Positions 34,796 to 43,903 of a stretch of 64,000 bases of DNA are shown here, piece after piece. A model generated the notes under the pieces. That model saw only the letters and a program-made list of their open reading frames with translations, had not been told where the DNA came from and did not search any database. This DNA comes from a virus (Duplodnaviria > Caudoviricetes): positions 8,122-72,121 of the IMG/VR virus record IMGVR_UViG_3300037466_003849; one strand, 5' to 3'. Position 1 is the first letter of the stretch. Every line of letters begins with the position of its first letter. A program made the translations under genes and the position numbers.

Positions 34796-35388
34796 GGGTC
34801 CTGCAAACTCAGATTGCCGCGGTATGCAGCCTGCGACTCGCCCGCGCGGTAATCCGGGTTGTCATTGCCAGCGACGATGAATCCGATCATTCCGTTAGGC
34901 AGGAAGTTGTGCACTGTCCCGCGGACGTCTCCGCTCGCTGCGGAGTGCCAGACAACCCGATCACCTTGCTTGAACTCCGGGTAGCAACGCTCGCAATCGT
35001 CGTCGCTGCACTTCGGCGGTCGGTTGGCTGTCGGCGCGGCCCAGTAGCTCACGCTGTCGCCGTTGTTCCAGTTAACGCGATACGAATACTCTTCGCCCGC
35101 GAGGACGGCGCGCCGGACTCCATAGAGCATGTCTCGGAATCCGTCCGACCCCTCGCGCTGCATCAACTCGACCATGCCGGTATCCCCGGCGCCGTCCTTG
35201 AGGTCAGCCTCAGATTCCGCGGACGCGTCGCACGCTTCGGCCGACGCCTCGCCATCGCGGACGATCAACTCAGCAAGCGCGCGCGCTACCTCGATAGCGT
35301 CGGCCTCACTGTCGACATGCAGCGCGGTCGGCGCCATGTCCTCGGGCAGGCATCCGGGCGTATTCGACGAGACAACCCAAACGGTCAT
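34789..35388 (-). CDS. Island gene, hypothetical
   Basis: GAAGGGATCG RBS after repeat copy 2; the stop TAG lies inside copy 1. Confidence 0.75.
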   Translation of the reverse strand: MTVWVVSSNTPGCLPEDMAPTALHVDSEADAIEVARALAELIVRDGEASAEACDASAESEADLKDGAGDTGMVELMQREGSDGFRDMLYGVRRAVLAGEEYSYRVNWNNGDSVSYWAAPTANRPPKCSDDDCERCYPEFKQGDRVVWHSAASGDVRGTVHNFLPNGMIGFIVAGNDNPDYRAGESQAAYRGNLSLQDPS

Positions 35389-35408
35389 GATTCGATCCCT
35401 TCTCAATC

Positions 35409-35473
35409 CGGCCTAGTTGCCGTGACACACCGCGCGGATAGGTCCCGCACGGTGTCTCGGAGACGACTAGGAC
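35409..35473 (-). repeat. 65-nt hairpin repeat, copy 2
   Basis: Identical to copy 1 except CCTAG for CCCAG. Confidence 0.95.
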
Positions 35474-35697
35474 AGTGCGCCGTAGGACCAACTACCCAAC
35501 GGCGCCGATTCGCACGGCAGCGGCGCCACTGGCGCCCCGTACGCGTCGGTTGTGTCGTCGGCCGGATAGCCGTACTCGCACGGGTCGACATTGAACGGAA
35601 CGTTGTACTCCGGTACGTCGGCCGACGCGGACGGCGCCGACAAGGCCAGCGCAGCGGCTGCGATAGCGAGGATGGTTCGAATTGCGTTGCGGGACAT
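35467..35697 (-). CDS. Island gene, small secreted protein
   Basis: Signal peptide MSRNAIRTILAIAAAALALSAPSASA; two Cys; the stop lies inside copy 2. Confidence 0.75.
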   Translation of the reverse strand: MSRNAIRTILAIAAAALALSAPSASADVPEYNVPFNVDPCEYGYPADDTTDAYGAPVAPLPCESAPLGSWSYGALS

Positions 35698-35724
35698 AGT
35701 GATTACTCCTGTCGGTAGGTTCGG

Positions 35725-35994
35725 TTAGACCGCGAGATAGAAGCGGGTGCGCCGGTAGACATTCCGGTACTCGTCGGCGCGCCCGTAGTCGATGATCAGC
35801 TCGGAGAAGTGGTCGCCGAACATGGCCGTTCGCGCCGCGCGCGGGTGCTCGACGGCGAACTGTTCGATGGCGCTTTTCAGTGCCTCATTTGCCACGCTGG
35901 GCAAGTCGTGCGAGCTCAACTCGCGCCGCTGCATTTCCGACGCGTCGGCACTCACTGTGAAGTCCTGGTCTATGCGGACAACCTTGAAAGGCAT
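35725..35994 (-). CDS. Island gene, hypothetical
   Basis: GAAGGATCG RBS. Confidence 0.7.
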   Translation of the reverse strand: MPFKVVRIDQDFTVSADASEMQRRELSSHDLPSVANEALKSAIEQFAVEHPRAARTAMFGDHFSELIIDYGRADEYRNVYRRTRFYLAV

Positions 35995-36024
35995 TGCGAT
36001 CCTTCGCGTTTCGAGAATGGACGG

Positions 36025-36375
36025 TTAGACGCTGGCAGGCTCGACAATCGAGGCCCACCACGTGAACGCGTGCCGCGTACCGGCATCACGGTCTCCGCAG
36101 TGCTCGCACTGCGACCGCGAGAACGTACGCGTTTCGCAATCGCAGTCGGCGCCGTCGGCGCACGGTTCGCCCATGTGGGCGCATTCGTCGTCGGTGAGGT
36201 GGCCGTGTCCAAGCGTCACGGCGTCGGCGCCAGCGTTGCGCATGTTGTTTTCGATGTGCGCCAGCCAATCGGCCACCTCATCGGCCGACCAATCGGCCGG
36301 GACGTTGCCGTATTCGATGCGGAATAGGCACGGTTCGCAGCACCATCCACTACCGAGAGAGATTTGCGCGTTCAT
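36025..36375 (-). CDS. Island gene, Cys-rich protein
   Basis: WCCEPC...CDC...FSRSQCEHCG; GAAGGGATCG RBS after copy 3. Confidence 0.75.
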   Translation of the reverse strand: MNAQISLGSGWCCEPCLFRIEYGNVPADWSADEVADWLAHIENNMRNAGADAVTLGHGHLTDDECAHMGEPCADGADCDCETRTFSRSQCEHCGDRDAGTRHAFTWWASIVEPASV

Positions 36376-36393
36376 ATTCGATCCCTTCTGTGT

Positions 36394-36458
36394 CGGCCCA
36401 GTTGCCGTGACACACCGCGCGGATAGGTCCCGCACGGTGTCTCGGAGACGACTAGGAC
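36394..36458 (-). repeat. 65-nt hairpin repeat, copy 3
   Basis: Identical to copy 1. Confidence 0.95.
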
Positions 36459-36986
36459 TCAGCGGGGAGCGAGTCGCATGGTTCCGCCGTGCATGTGCAC
36501 AAGCGGAACATGCGGCATGGTCATGCCCTCATACGGTGTGTGCAGGATGAGGGATACGTTTCCGTCCTCATCGGTGTGAGGCTCGAGCGTCATAGTGAAG
36601 CAACCGCGCGGCTCACCGACGCTGATCTGTACTTCGATCCGGTTTTCGCCGATCGTCACGCCTGCCCAGTTGACATAGTCGGCGGCGGACTTGTCGCGCG
36701 GCTCCGCCAGCGTGTAGTTGGTTTTCTCGCGAATGTCATCCTCCGACACCCACGCGTCGTCTTCTAGCTCAAGGTCGCGCCGGATGTCGTCAAAGTCGAT
36801 TCCGTTGCACAACCGCGCGTCGTTTTCGTCGTGCGTCCAGCCATCAACAGTGTCGGAAATAGGCTGGCCGCAATGCTTGCAAACCTTCTCGTCGTCGCTG
36901 TTCGCGGTAACGGTCACGTCGATTGTGTCATCGTCGCCGAAGTGCTCGGAGTCGATTGCCTGGCCGTTAATTTCGATGCTGAACAC
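36459..36986 (-). CDS. Island gene, acidic protein with CKHC motif
   Basis: GTG at 36986 after GGGAG (alternative ATG at 37058); the stop abuts copy 3. Confidence 0.7.
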   Translation of the reverse strand: MFSIEINGQAIDSEHFGDDDTIDVTVTANSDDEKVCKHCGQPISDTVDGWTHDENDARLCNGIDFDDIRRDLELEDDAWVSEDDIREKTNYTLAEPRDKSAADYVNWAGVTIGENRIEVQISVGEPRGCFTMTLEPHTDEDGNVSLILHTPYEGMTMPHVPLVHMHGGTMRLAPR

Positions 36987-37046
36987 AGCAGTACTCCCGT
37001 GGGAATTGGCGAATTTCTCGGCGCGCCAGATAGGCGCGTTGCGTGA

Positions 37047-37101
37047 CCTAATGGCCATGACATACCGCGCGCAATGTCGCGGTATCTCGGGAGCCGTTAG
37101 G
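37047..37101 (-). repeat. Hairpin repeat, diverged copy with compensatory changes
   Basis: CCTAA..GA-C-ATACCG..CGGTAT-C-TC..TTAGG has the same stem architecture as copies 1-3. Confidence 0.7.
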
Positions 37102-37106
37102 GCAGG

Positions 37107-37835
37107 CTACGCGGACGCGTATTCGAAACGGATACGGAACGGCGCGCCGTCGAATTCGCGCGGCTGTCGGTCCTCGAAAGCGGAGACAAGATCAAGGTAA
37201 GCCTCGGCGTAGCGTTCGCCGAAAGTGTGTTCCCGCGCGGCATGTGCTTTGTTGAGTGCTGCCGCATTGTCCTCATCCCTCGCATTGAGCCACGCGCGGC
37301 GGTCGGTCGCAGTGCGCTTAGGCGCCGCTTTCACGATAGCGGGCATTACCTCCGAAGCCTCATCGGAAACCGCGTCGTAGTTGTCGCGGGCAGGCGCCTT
37401 GCCGCGCGCTACTTCCTTGGTCTGGCCGCTGGCAGTGACTTTCTCGATCACGTAGGTAGCGGTAAGGCCATCCAGGGCGCCAGCGAGCAAGTGGGGGTAC
37501 TCGGCCGAGTCGTCGAATGAGTCTGCCCAATCGGCAATCCGGGCGGTCACGTCTGCATCGTTCGCGAGAGTGGCGCGCCGGTAAAGGCTGCGCATTCCGG
37601 CTGTGAAGTCCGACCATGTCATCGCGCCATCGCAGTAGCGCCGATCGAGTGCATCCAGTTCGTTGCGGAGCTCAGACTTGCCTGCCCACTGCTGGCCGCA
37701 GTATGTGCAGTCGAGCGGCTGGCCCGCGAAAACGGGCTCAGCTGCCGCGTAGAAGTCGACACAGTTGTTGCAGCGCTGATCAATCGAGCCGTCATCTGCA
37801 ATGCGCTGCACACCGATCATCTTGCGGTCCGTCAT
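37107..37835 (-). CDS. Island gene, N-terminal Zn-ribbon protein
   Basis: GGAGG RBS; CNNC...CTYC. Confidence 0.75.
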   Translation of the reverse strand: MTDRKMIGVQRIADDGSIDQRCNNCVDFYAAAEPVFAGQPLDCTYCGQQWAGKSELRNELDALDRRYCDGAMTWSDFTAGMRSLYRRATLANDADVTARIADWADSFDDSAEYPHLLAGALDGLTATYVIEKVTASGQTKEVARGKAPARDNYDAVSDEASEVMPAIVKAAPKRTATDRRAWLNARDEDNAAALNKAHAAREHTFGERYAEAYLDLVSAFEDRQPREFDGAPFRIRFEYASA

Positions 37836-38199
37836 GTCGTCGCCTCCCGTTCCGTCGCTTCGCACCGTGCGCCGCGATCGAGGCCAACAGTGCCCGTGAC
37901 CAGGTGGAATGCGCAATCGGCCGGTAATTGCGTCCGGTGGTTTTGACGGCGTACGAAAACGGACCCGCCGGTTGGTTACTCGATACCCCCTCGGAGTCAG
38001 CTACCCCCCGGCAACATCTCCACAGCGAGCGGCCGGCGACCGTTCTCCCCACAGTCCTCTCAAAAATGCTCGATTTTCGAAAGCCTTTTTGCGCCGGTCA
38101 GGGGCATGATTTTCGCACTCTCGCTATGGACGTGACCTGGGACGATGCCAGGTCGGCGACGGGGCGGCCGGAAGGGCCAGTCGAAAGGATTCTCCAGCA

Positions 38200-38565
38200 A
38201 TGATAGAGCCACCATTCGCGCTTTCGGAAGGCGCAGACGAACATTGGCGGCGGCACGTGGATCGCATCGTATCCGAGGGCCGCGCCAAGCTCATCAATAC
38301 CGACGCGCTGGCGATCTACTGCGACATGCTGGCCCAGTATCAGCAGGCTACGCACCTGATCCACATGGAGGGCATGACCCGCGACGGCGACCGCGGCGGC
38401 ATGACCAAGCACCCGGCCACGACCATCCTTACCTCGCTGCGCGCCGACCTGCGGCACTATGCCCGCATGATCCCGCTCTACGACTCCGATGCCGAAATCG
38501 GCGACAGCCTCGACGGTTTCATCGCCGACGCCGAGAAGTGGGCCAACGAGCCCACGGCAGGCTGA
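38200..38565 (+). CDS. terS: Terminase small subunit (P27-like)
   Basis: DALAIYCDMLAQY...GMTKHPATTIL; position before terL. Confidence 0.8.
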   Translation: MIEPPFALSEGADEHWRRHVDRIVSEGRAKLINTDALAIYCDMLAQYQQATHLIHMEGMTRDGDRGGMTKHPATTILTSLRADLRHYARMIPLYDSDAEIGDSLDGFIADAEKWANEPTAG

Positions 38566-38568
38566 CCC

Positions 38569-38916
38569 GTGGCCGCCCGCTGGGAGGAGCTGCTGGCGCT
38601 GACCGTGCGCTACCACCCCGAGACGCCGCTGCCGACCGCCGAGCGCTACGCCAAGACGGCCGCGAAATTCGAGGAAGTTCGCGCCTCGGTGCACCGCACC
38701 GGCAAGAAGCCGCCGTCGGCGTACTACAAGCTCGCCTCGATCCTCGCCGCGCTGTCGCAGCAGGTCGGTATCCCGGTGCCGACGGCCGACGAGTGGCGCG
38801 GCGACGACGGCGACTGGGGCGTCATCCGCGGCGTCACGCACTCAACCGGCTTCCTGCCGGTCGACCGGGCCGCCATCCTCGTCGACCGCGACTGGCACGC
38901 CAGCCTCACCACGTGA
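38569..38916 (+). CDS. Hypothetical protein
   Basis: Codon bias and gene packing. Confidence 0.65.
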   Translation: MAARWEELLALTVRYHPETPLPTAERYAKTAAKFEEVRASVHRTGKKPPSAYYKLASILAALSQQVGIPVPTADEWRGDDGDWGVIRGVTHSTGFLPVDRAAILVDRDWHASLTT

Positions 38917-38931
38917 ATCCGAAAGGCGCAC

Positions 38932-39489
38932 ATGGACCTCGAGATCCACCGCGACCACATCACCAAGTTTCTGCGCACTGCTGAGCGCGGAGAGTCGGCA
39001 CCGATCCCGCCCTGGGCGGTGCTCTTACTGCAATCCATAGGAGCTGTCTTGTCCGATCAGGAAATCCTCGACGCCGACGTTGCCGCCCTGAACGCCATCG
39101 CCGACGACATCGAAGCCGAGCTGGCCGCCCTGCGGAAGGCCGCGCCGGGTCTGAACTTCTCCGGCCTGGACGCCATCGTCACCCGCCTGCGCGGCGACTC
39201 CTCGGACGGTGGCGGCACCGCGCCCGCCGCCGACGCATCGGCACCGGCCGCCAGCGCGCCCGCTCCGGTCGACACCGCTCCGGCGGACGACGCCAGCGAG
39301 CCCGTGGCCGAGCCCGAGCCCGAGGACGCCACCGCGCCCGAGGATGCTGCCCTGGTGGCCGACTCCGGCGATGCGGCTGCGCCCGTGGAGGACTCGGCGT
39401 CCGCTTCGTCGGCCGACGCGGCCCCCGCGGTCCCGACCGTCGGCGACGGTTCGGGCGACGACCCGACCCCGGAAACGCCCGCTGTCTGA
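38932..39489 (+). CDS. Protein with helical N-terminus and long acidic Ala/Pro/Asp tail
   Basis: GAAAGG RBS; low-complexity C-terminal half. Confidence 0.7.
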   Translation: MDLEIHRDHITKFLRTAERGESAPIPPWAVLLLQSIGAVLSDQEILDADVAALNAIADDIEAELAALRKAAPGLNFSGLDAIVTRLRGDSSDGGGTAPAADASAPAASAPAPVDTAPADDASEPVAEPEPEDATAPEDAALVADSGDAAAPVEDSASASSADAAPAVPTVGDGSGDDPTPETPAV

Positions 39490-41191
39490 TTTCGACCTCA
39501 ACACACCGGGGGCAACCCCGCTCCCGGTGTGTGGGTTCGTCAATATCTTGTCTGGTCTCCGCTGTTTGGAGACCGGCGATCATCTCTGCGAAGCCCGCGC
39601 CACGCTGGGCCGGGATTTCTTCGAATGCGTGCTCGTGCACACCAAGGGCGCCTACGCCGGGGCGCCCTTTCTGCTCTACAACTGGCAATACGACGACATC
39701 GTCCGGCCGCTGCTCGGCAAGACGGTGTGGTCGGACGAATACGGTTGCTACAAGCGGCAATTCGAAATCGCGTGGATCGAGGTCGCCCGGAAAAACGGGA
39801 AGTCCGAGATCCTCGCGGGCCTCATGCTCTACCTCCTCGTGATGGACGACGAGGAGTCTGCCGAGATCTACGGCTGCGCGAAGAACCGTGAACAGGCCAG
39901 CCTCGTCTTCGACGTGGCGAAGCGGATGGTCGAGCTGTCTCCCGTCCTGCGCCAGCGCCTGCGCATCAAGGCCACCGAGAAGCGCCTGATCTTCGCGCGC
40001 ACCAACAGCTTCTACCGGGTGCTCGCCGCCGACGCTGGCGGCGCCCTGGGCTCCAACCCGCACGGCGTCGGCGCCGACGAGATCCTCGCCTGGCCGAACT
40101 CCGGCATGTGGGACTCGATGCGTACCGGCATGGGCTCCGGCGCCCGCCGCCAGCCGCTGATGGTCGCCGCCACCACCGCGGGATCGGACACCGAAGGCTT
40201 CGCCGGGCAGATGCACAAGGAGATGGAGCGCATCGCGGAAGATCCCGACCGCGCGCCGCACATCTTCGTCTACCTGCGCAACGTGCCCATGGACGCCGAT
40301 CCGTGGGACGAGGAGAACTGGCACCTCGCCAATCCGGCTCTCGGGCAATTCCTTTCGATCGAGGGCCTGCGCAAGCAGGCAATCGAGGCGATGCAGAACC
40401 CCATCGCCGAGGTTGCGTTCCGGCAGTACCGGCTCAACCAGTGGCAGAACGCAACGTCGCGCTGGATGCCGATGCACCTGTTCGACGCCTGCGCTGGCGA
40501 GGAATTCGAGACGTTCGACGAGGCGCGCGAGCGCTTCCGCGGCATGGACTGCTGGTTCGGCCTCGACCTCGCCGCCCGCCAGGACCTCACCTCGATGTGC
40601 TACGCGTTTCCCGACGCCGACGGCGGCGTGGATCTGCTCTGGCGCTTCTGGCTGCCCGAGGCGGCCTACGCCCGGCTCAACGCCGCCAACGACGGCCGCC
40701 TGGTCGACTGGCAGCGCAAGGGCTGGCTGACGGTCACCGAGGGCGATGTCCTGGACTTCGAGGTCTTCTACAAGCACGTCCAGGAGGACAGCGAGCACTT
40801 CCACATCCTCGGCGGCGACGCGGACAAATTCGCCTCCGATCCGGTGCTCCAGCGCGTGCAGCAGACCGTCTACTGCGACGACATCATGGCCTACAGCAAC
40901 ACCTTCCAATACATGAGCCCTGGGATGCACCACATCTCAGACCTGGTGAAGCTCAAGGCATTCCGCTGGCACGGCAACCCCGTCGCGCGGTTCTGTTTCG
41001 ACTCGACCGAGGTAGTCGTCGACACCGCCGATCCCGACCGCATCCGGCCGCACAAGCCCAACCGCGGCCTGGCCGCGAAACGCATCGACGGCGTCCCGGC
41101 CGCGATCCTCGCCGTCAACGCGTGGAAGACCCGCGGCGACTCCATCCTGAGCGTCTACGCCAGTGGCGATTACGACGTTTATAGCCTCTGA
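39482..41191 (+). CDS. terL: Terminase large subunit (start uncertain: CTG 39482 or GTG 39527)
   Basis: EVARKNGKSE Walker A, ADEI Walker B, GLDLAARQDLTS nuclease motif, RIDGVPA. Confidence 0.95.
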   Translation: MSDFDLNTPGATPLPVCGFVNILSGLRCLETGDHLCEARATLGRDFFECVLVHTKGAYAGAPFLLYNWQYDDIVRPLLGKTVWSDEYGCYKRQFEIAWIEVARKNGKSEILAGLMLYLLVMDDEESAEIYGCAKNREQASLVFDVAKRMVELSPVLRQRLRIKATEKRLIFARTNSFYRVLAADAGGALGSNPHGVGADEILAWPNSGMWDSMRTGMGSGARRQPLMVAATTAGSDTEGFAGQMHKEMERIAEDPDRAPHIFVYLRNVPMDADPWDEENWHLANPALGQFLSIEGLRKQAIEAMQNPIAEVAFRQYRLNQWQNATSRWMPMHLFDACAGEEFETFDEARERFRGMDCWFGLDLAARQDLTSMCYAFPDADGGVDLLWRFWLPEAAYARLNAANDGRLVDWQRKGWLTVTEGDVLDFEVFYKHVQEDSEHFHILGGDADKFASDPVLQRVQQTVYCDDIMAYSNTFQYMSPGMHHISDLVKLKAFRWHGNPVARFCFDSTEVVVDTADPDRIRPHKPNRGLAAKRIDGVPAAILAVNAWKTRGDSILSVYASGDYDVYSL

Positions 41192-41201
41192 GGGGGTGTG
41201 A

Positions 41202-41447
41202 ATGTTCAAGCGCCGCAACAAGCTTGACGCTTATCTCGGCGAGATCCTGAGTCGGTTCATAGTGACCCTCAAGGACGGCTCCGTGGCCAGTGGCGTCCTG
41301 ACCAAGGTCACCGCGCGCAGCTTCGTCTTCGCCGATGTGAAGTTGCTGGAGGAGGGCCGAACCTGGCAACCGGCGGCCGGGGATGGCCTGTTCGTCGACC
41401 GCGCCGAGGTCCGCTACTGCCAGCTCATGTCCAGCGGAGGTGAGTGA
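41202..41447 (+). CDS. Small conserved head-module protein
   Basis: Located between terL and portal; beta-rich. Confidence 0.7.
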   Translation: MFKRRNKLDAYLGEILSRFIVTLKDGSVASGVLTKVTARSFVFADVKLLEEGRTWQPAAGDGLFVDRAEVRYCQLMSSGGE

Positions 41448-42937
41448 TGCTGCTCCGCGACGGCTCCATTGCGATGCCCGCCAGCGCGCTCGCCGAATTC
41501 AGTCCGCAGATCCAGAAGTCGTACTGGTACCCGATCTCCGACGGCGTCCAGCTCGAGCGCCAGTGGGCCTTCTACGGCGCGCTCTACCGCTACCAGCCCT
41601 GGGTGCGCACCGTCATCGACAAGCTCGCCTGGGCGCTGGCACGGCTGAGAATCGAGGCGTGGGAAGTCAATGACGACGACCAGCGGAAGAAGGCCCACGG
41701 CCCATTCGCGAAGCTGATCAAGAACCCGTGCCAAGAACTCTCGCCGATGGCCTTCTGGTTGTGGATCGAGACGACGATCGAGATCTACGGCGAAGCCTTC
41801 CTGGTGAAGGTCCGCGACGACAACGGCCGGACGATAAGCCTCCTTCCGCTGCATCCGTCCCGGACCACGGTCATGCGCGACGAGAACGGCCGCCGCAAGT
41901 ACCTGTTCTCCACCGCGGCCACTTCGGCCGGAATGCTCGAGTTCGGCGAAGAAGACGTGATCCCGCTCCAGCTCTACTGCCCCGACGGCACCATGCGCGG
42001 CATGTCGCGGCTGGAAAGCCTTGCCAGCACGCTCATTTCGGAGGATTCCGGCCGGACCGCGACATCGAGTATGTGGCGCAACGCCGGTCGGCCGAACATC
42101 GTGCTGAGCTCCGACAAGGTCCTGGGCCGCGAGGGCAAGGCGCGGCTGCGCGAGAGCTTCGACGGCAACCACGCAGGCTCGATGAACGCGGGCAAGACGC
42201 TGGTCCTCGAGGACGGCATCAAGGCCACCTCCCTCCAGCTCACCGCGGTCGAAATGCAGTGGGTCGAATCCCGCAAGCTCAACAGGGAGGAAGTCTGCTC
42301 GGTCTTCGACGTGGCACCGCCGATGGTCCACATCCTCGACCGCGCAACGTTTTCCAACATCACCGAGCAGATGCGCAGCTTCTACCGCGACACCATGAGC
42401 TCCAAGCTGGAGTTCATCGAGGCGCAGATCGACTACTACCTCGCATCGGAGTTCGGCGACAACCTCGAGGCTCGCTTCGCCGTGGCCGAGATGCTGCGCG
42501 GCGACTACGAAACCCGCGCCGACAGCGTCCAGAAGCTCGTCCTCTCGGGCGTGATGAAGCCCGCCGAGGGGCGCGAAGTCATGGACCTGGACAAGGCCGG
42601 TCCCGAGGCCGACAAGCTGTACGCCAACGCGTCGGTGCAGCCCCTGGGCAAGCCCGCCGAGCGTGTCACCCTCACCGGCGCCATGGCGCCCGGTGGCGAC
42701 CCGGACGGCATCCCGATCACCGGCCAGCCCAGCGGCACCAACCCGGCCGCGAACGCCGGGCCGGACGACTCGACGACCGCACCGCCCCCGCCGAAGTCGA
42801 ACAAGTACGTGCGCGCGCTGCGCGGCGGCATCGGCCGCGGCAAGTCGCTCCAGGACGTGGCCGTCGATCTCGCCCAGCGCAACGCCGACGACCTCCAAGC
42901 CATTCTCGATTCGGCCTCGCTGATCCTGGCCGAGTAA
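41444..42937 (+). CDS. HK97-family portal protein
   Basis: IYGEAFL, LLPLHPS, GMSRL, LEDG, FDVAPPMV, LRGDYETR. Confidence 0.95.
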   Translation: MMLLRDGSIAMPASALAEFSPQIQKSYWYPISDGVQLERQWAFYGALYRYQPWVRTVIDKLAWALARLRIEAWEVNDDDQRKKAHGPFAKLIKNPCQELSPMAFWLWIETTIEIYGEAFLVKVRDDNGRTISLLPLHPSRTTVMRDENGRRKYLFSTAATSAGMLEFGEEDVIPLQLYCPDGTMRGMSRLESLASTLISEDSGRTATSSMWRNAGRPNIVLSSDKVLGREGKARLRESFDGNHAGSMNAGKTLVLEDGIKATSLQLTAVEMQWVESRKLNREEVCSVFDVAPPMVHILDRATFSNITEQMRSFYRDTMSSKLEFIEAQIDYYLASEFGDNLEARFAVAEMLRGDYETRADSVQKLVLSGVMKPAEGREVMDLDKAGPEADKLYANASVQPLGKPAERVTLTGAMAPGGDPDGIPITGQPSGTNPAANAGPDDSTTAPPPPKSNKYVRALRGGIGRGKSLQDVAVDLAQRNADDLQAILDSASLILAE

Positions 42938-42953
42938 CCGCAGGTAGGACGCA

Positions 42954-43886
42954 GTGAACAACTCCATAACGAAGGCGATGGCCAGCGTCGTCGCCACCGA
43001 TAGCGCCACCAACGGCCATTCGCTCGACGACGCACCGAACGGCGGCTTCATCGCCGTCCTGTCCACGCCCGCGCTCGATCGCGACGGCGACCGGCTGGCC
43101 ACCAACGAGTGGAAGACGCCACTGCCGGACCACATCACCGTCGACATCGACCACGAGATGAGCGTCCGCGGCACCGTCGGGTCGGCGCGGCCGTTCATCG
43201 ACGACGAAGGCCGGATGTGCATCGAGGCCCGCTTCGCCTCCACGGCCACGGCCCAGGAAGTCCGCACGCTGATCAACGAGGGCCACATCAAGACCGTGAG
43301 CGTGGCGTTCATGAACGACAAGGCCGCCGCGAAGGATGGAAAGCCCTCGCGCGAGCTGCTCAACGCGGGAATCGTCGCGATCCCGTCCAACCGTGAGGCG
43401 CTGATCCTCGACTCCAAGGCGGGCGCACGGAACTCCGCGGGCGACCGCGGCCTGATCCAGTCCATCCACGATGCCTCCGGCCAGCTCGGAGCCGCCTGCA
43501 CTGACGCAGACGACACCGGCGCCACCGACGGCGCCAACATGCGCGGCGTCACCGAGGCAGAGACCAAGACCGGCACGGCCGAGGCCGTCCTCGACATGCC
43601 GGAATTCCTGAAGCGCCTGGGCGAACTCATCGCCGAGGCGCAGAAACCCGCCAGCCCGGAAGGCGCTGGCACGCCGCAAGATTCGCGCGACGAATCGGCT
43701 GCGACACCCGCCGATCCTCCCGCTGACGCCGCGCCGCAAGGCCCCGCTGACGCCGCAGGAGACGCCGCTGACGCCGCAGATGAGTCGGGAGATGACGTGG
43801 CCGCAGTGCAGGCCGAGCTCGAAGCCCGCCTCGCACTGCTCTCGCTCGCCGAGTCCGAGCTGAGCGATTCCCCCGAAATCCCCTGA
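42954..43886 (+). CDS. HK97-like prohead protease / scaffold
   Basis: STPALDRDGD, DHEM, VSVAF and IVAIPSNREA motifs. Confidence 0.85.
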   Translation: MNNSITKAMASVVATDSATNGHSLDDAPNGGFIAVLSTPALDRDGDRLATNEWKTPLPDHITVDIDHEMSVRGTVGSARPFIDDEGRMCIEARFASTATAQEVRTLINEGHIKTVSVAFMNDKAAAKDGKPSRELLNAGIVAIPSNREALILDSKAGARNSAGDRGLIQSIHDASGQLGAACTDADDTGATDGANMRGVTEAETKTGTAEAVLDMPEFLKRLGELIAEAQKPASPEGAGTPQDSRDESAATPADPPADAAPQGPADAAGDAADAADESGDDVAAVQAELEARLALLSLAESELSDSPEIP

Positions 43887-43903
43887 TACTCAAGGAGATC
43901 CCC

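Noticed and set aside
34731-36458. CRISPR array
   Set aside because: The repeats are 65 nt and are separated by whole genes (0.6-0.9 kb), not short unique spacers; there is no cas operon.
34731-36458. Classical integron attC sites
   Set aside because: No RYYYAAC/GTTRRRY core pair was recognised and there is no IntI in the window; kept only as an analogy.
37887-37916. Leftward promoter for the island (TTGCGC-18-CACTGT)
   Set aside because: The match to consensus is too weak to assert without TSS data.
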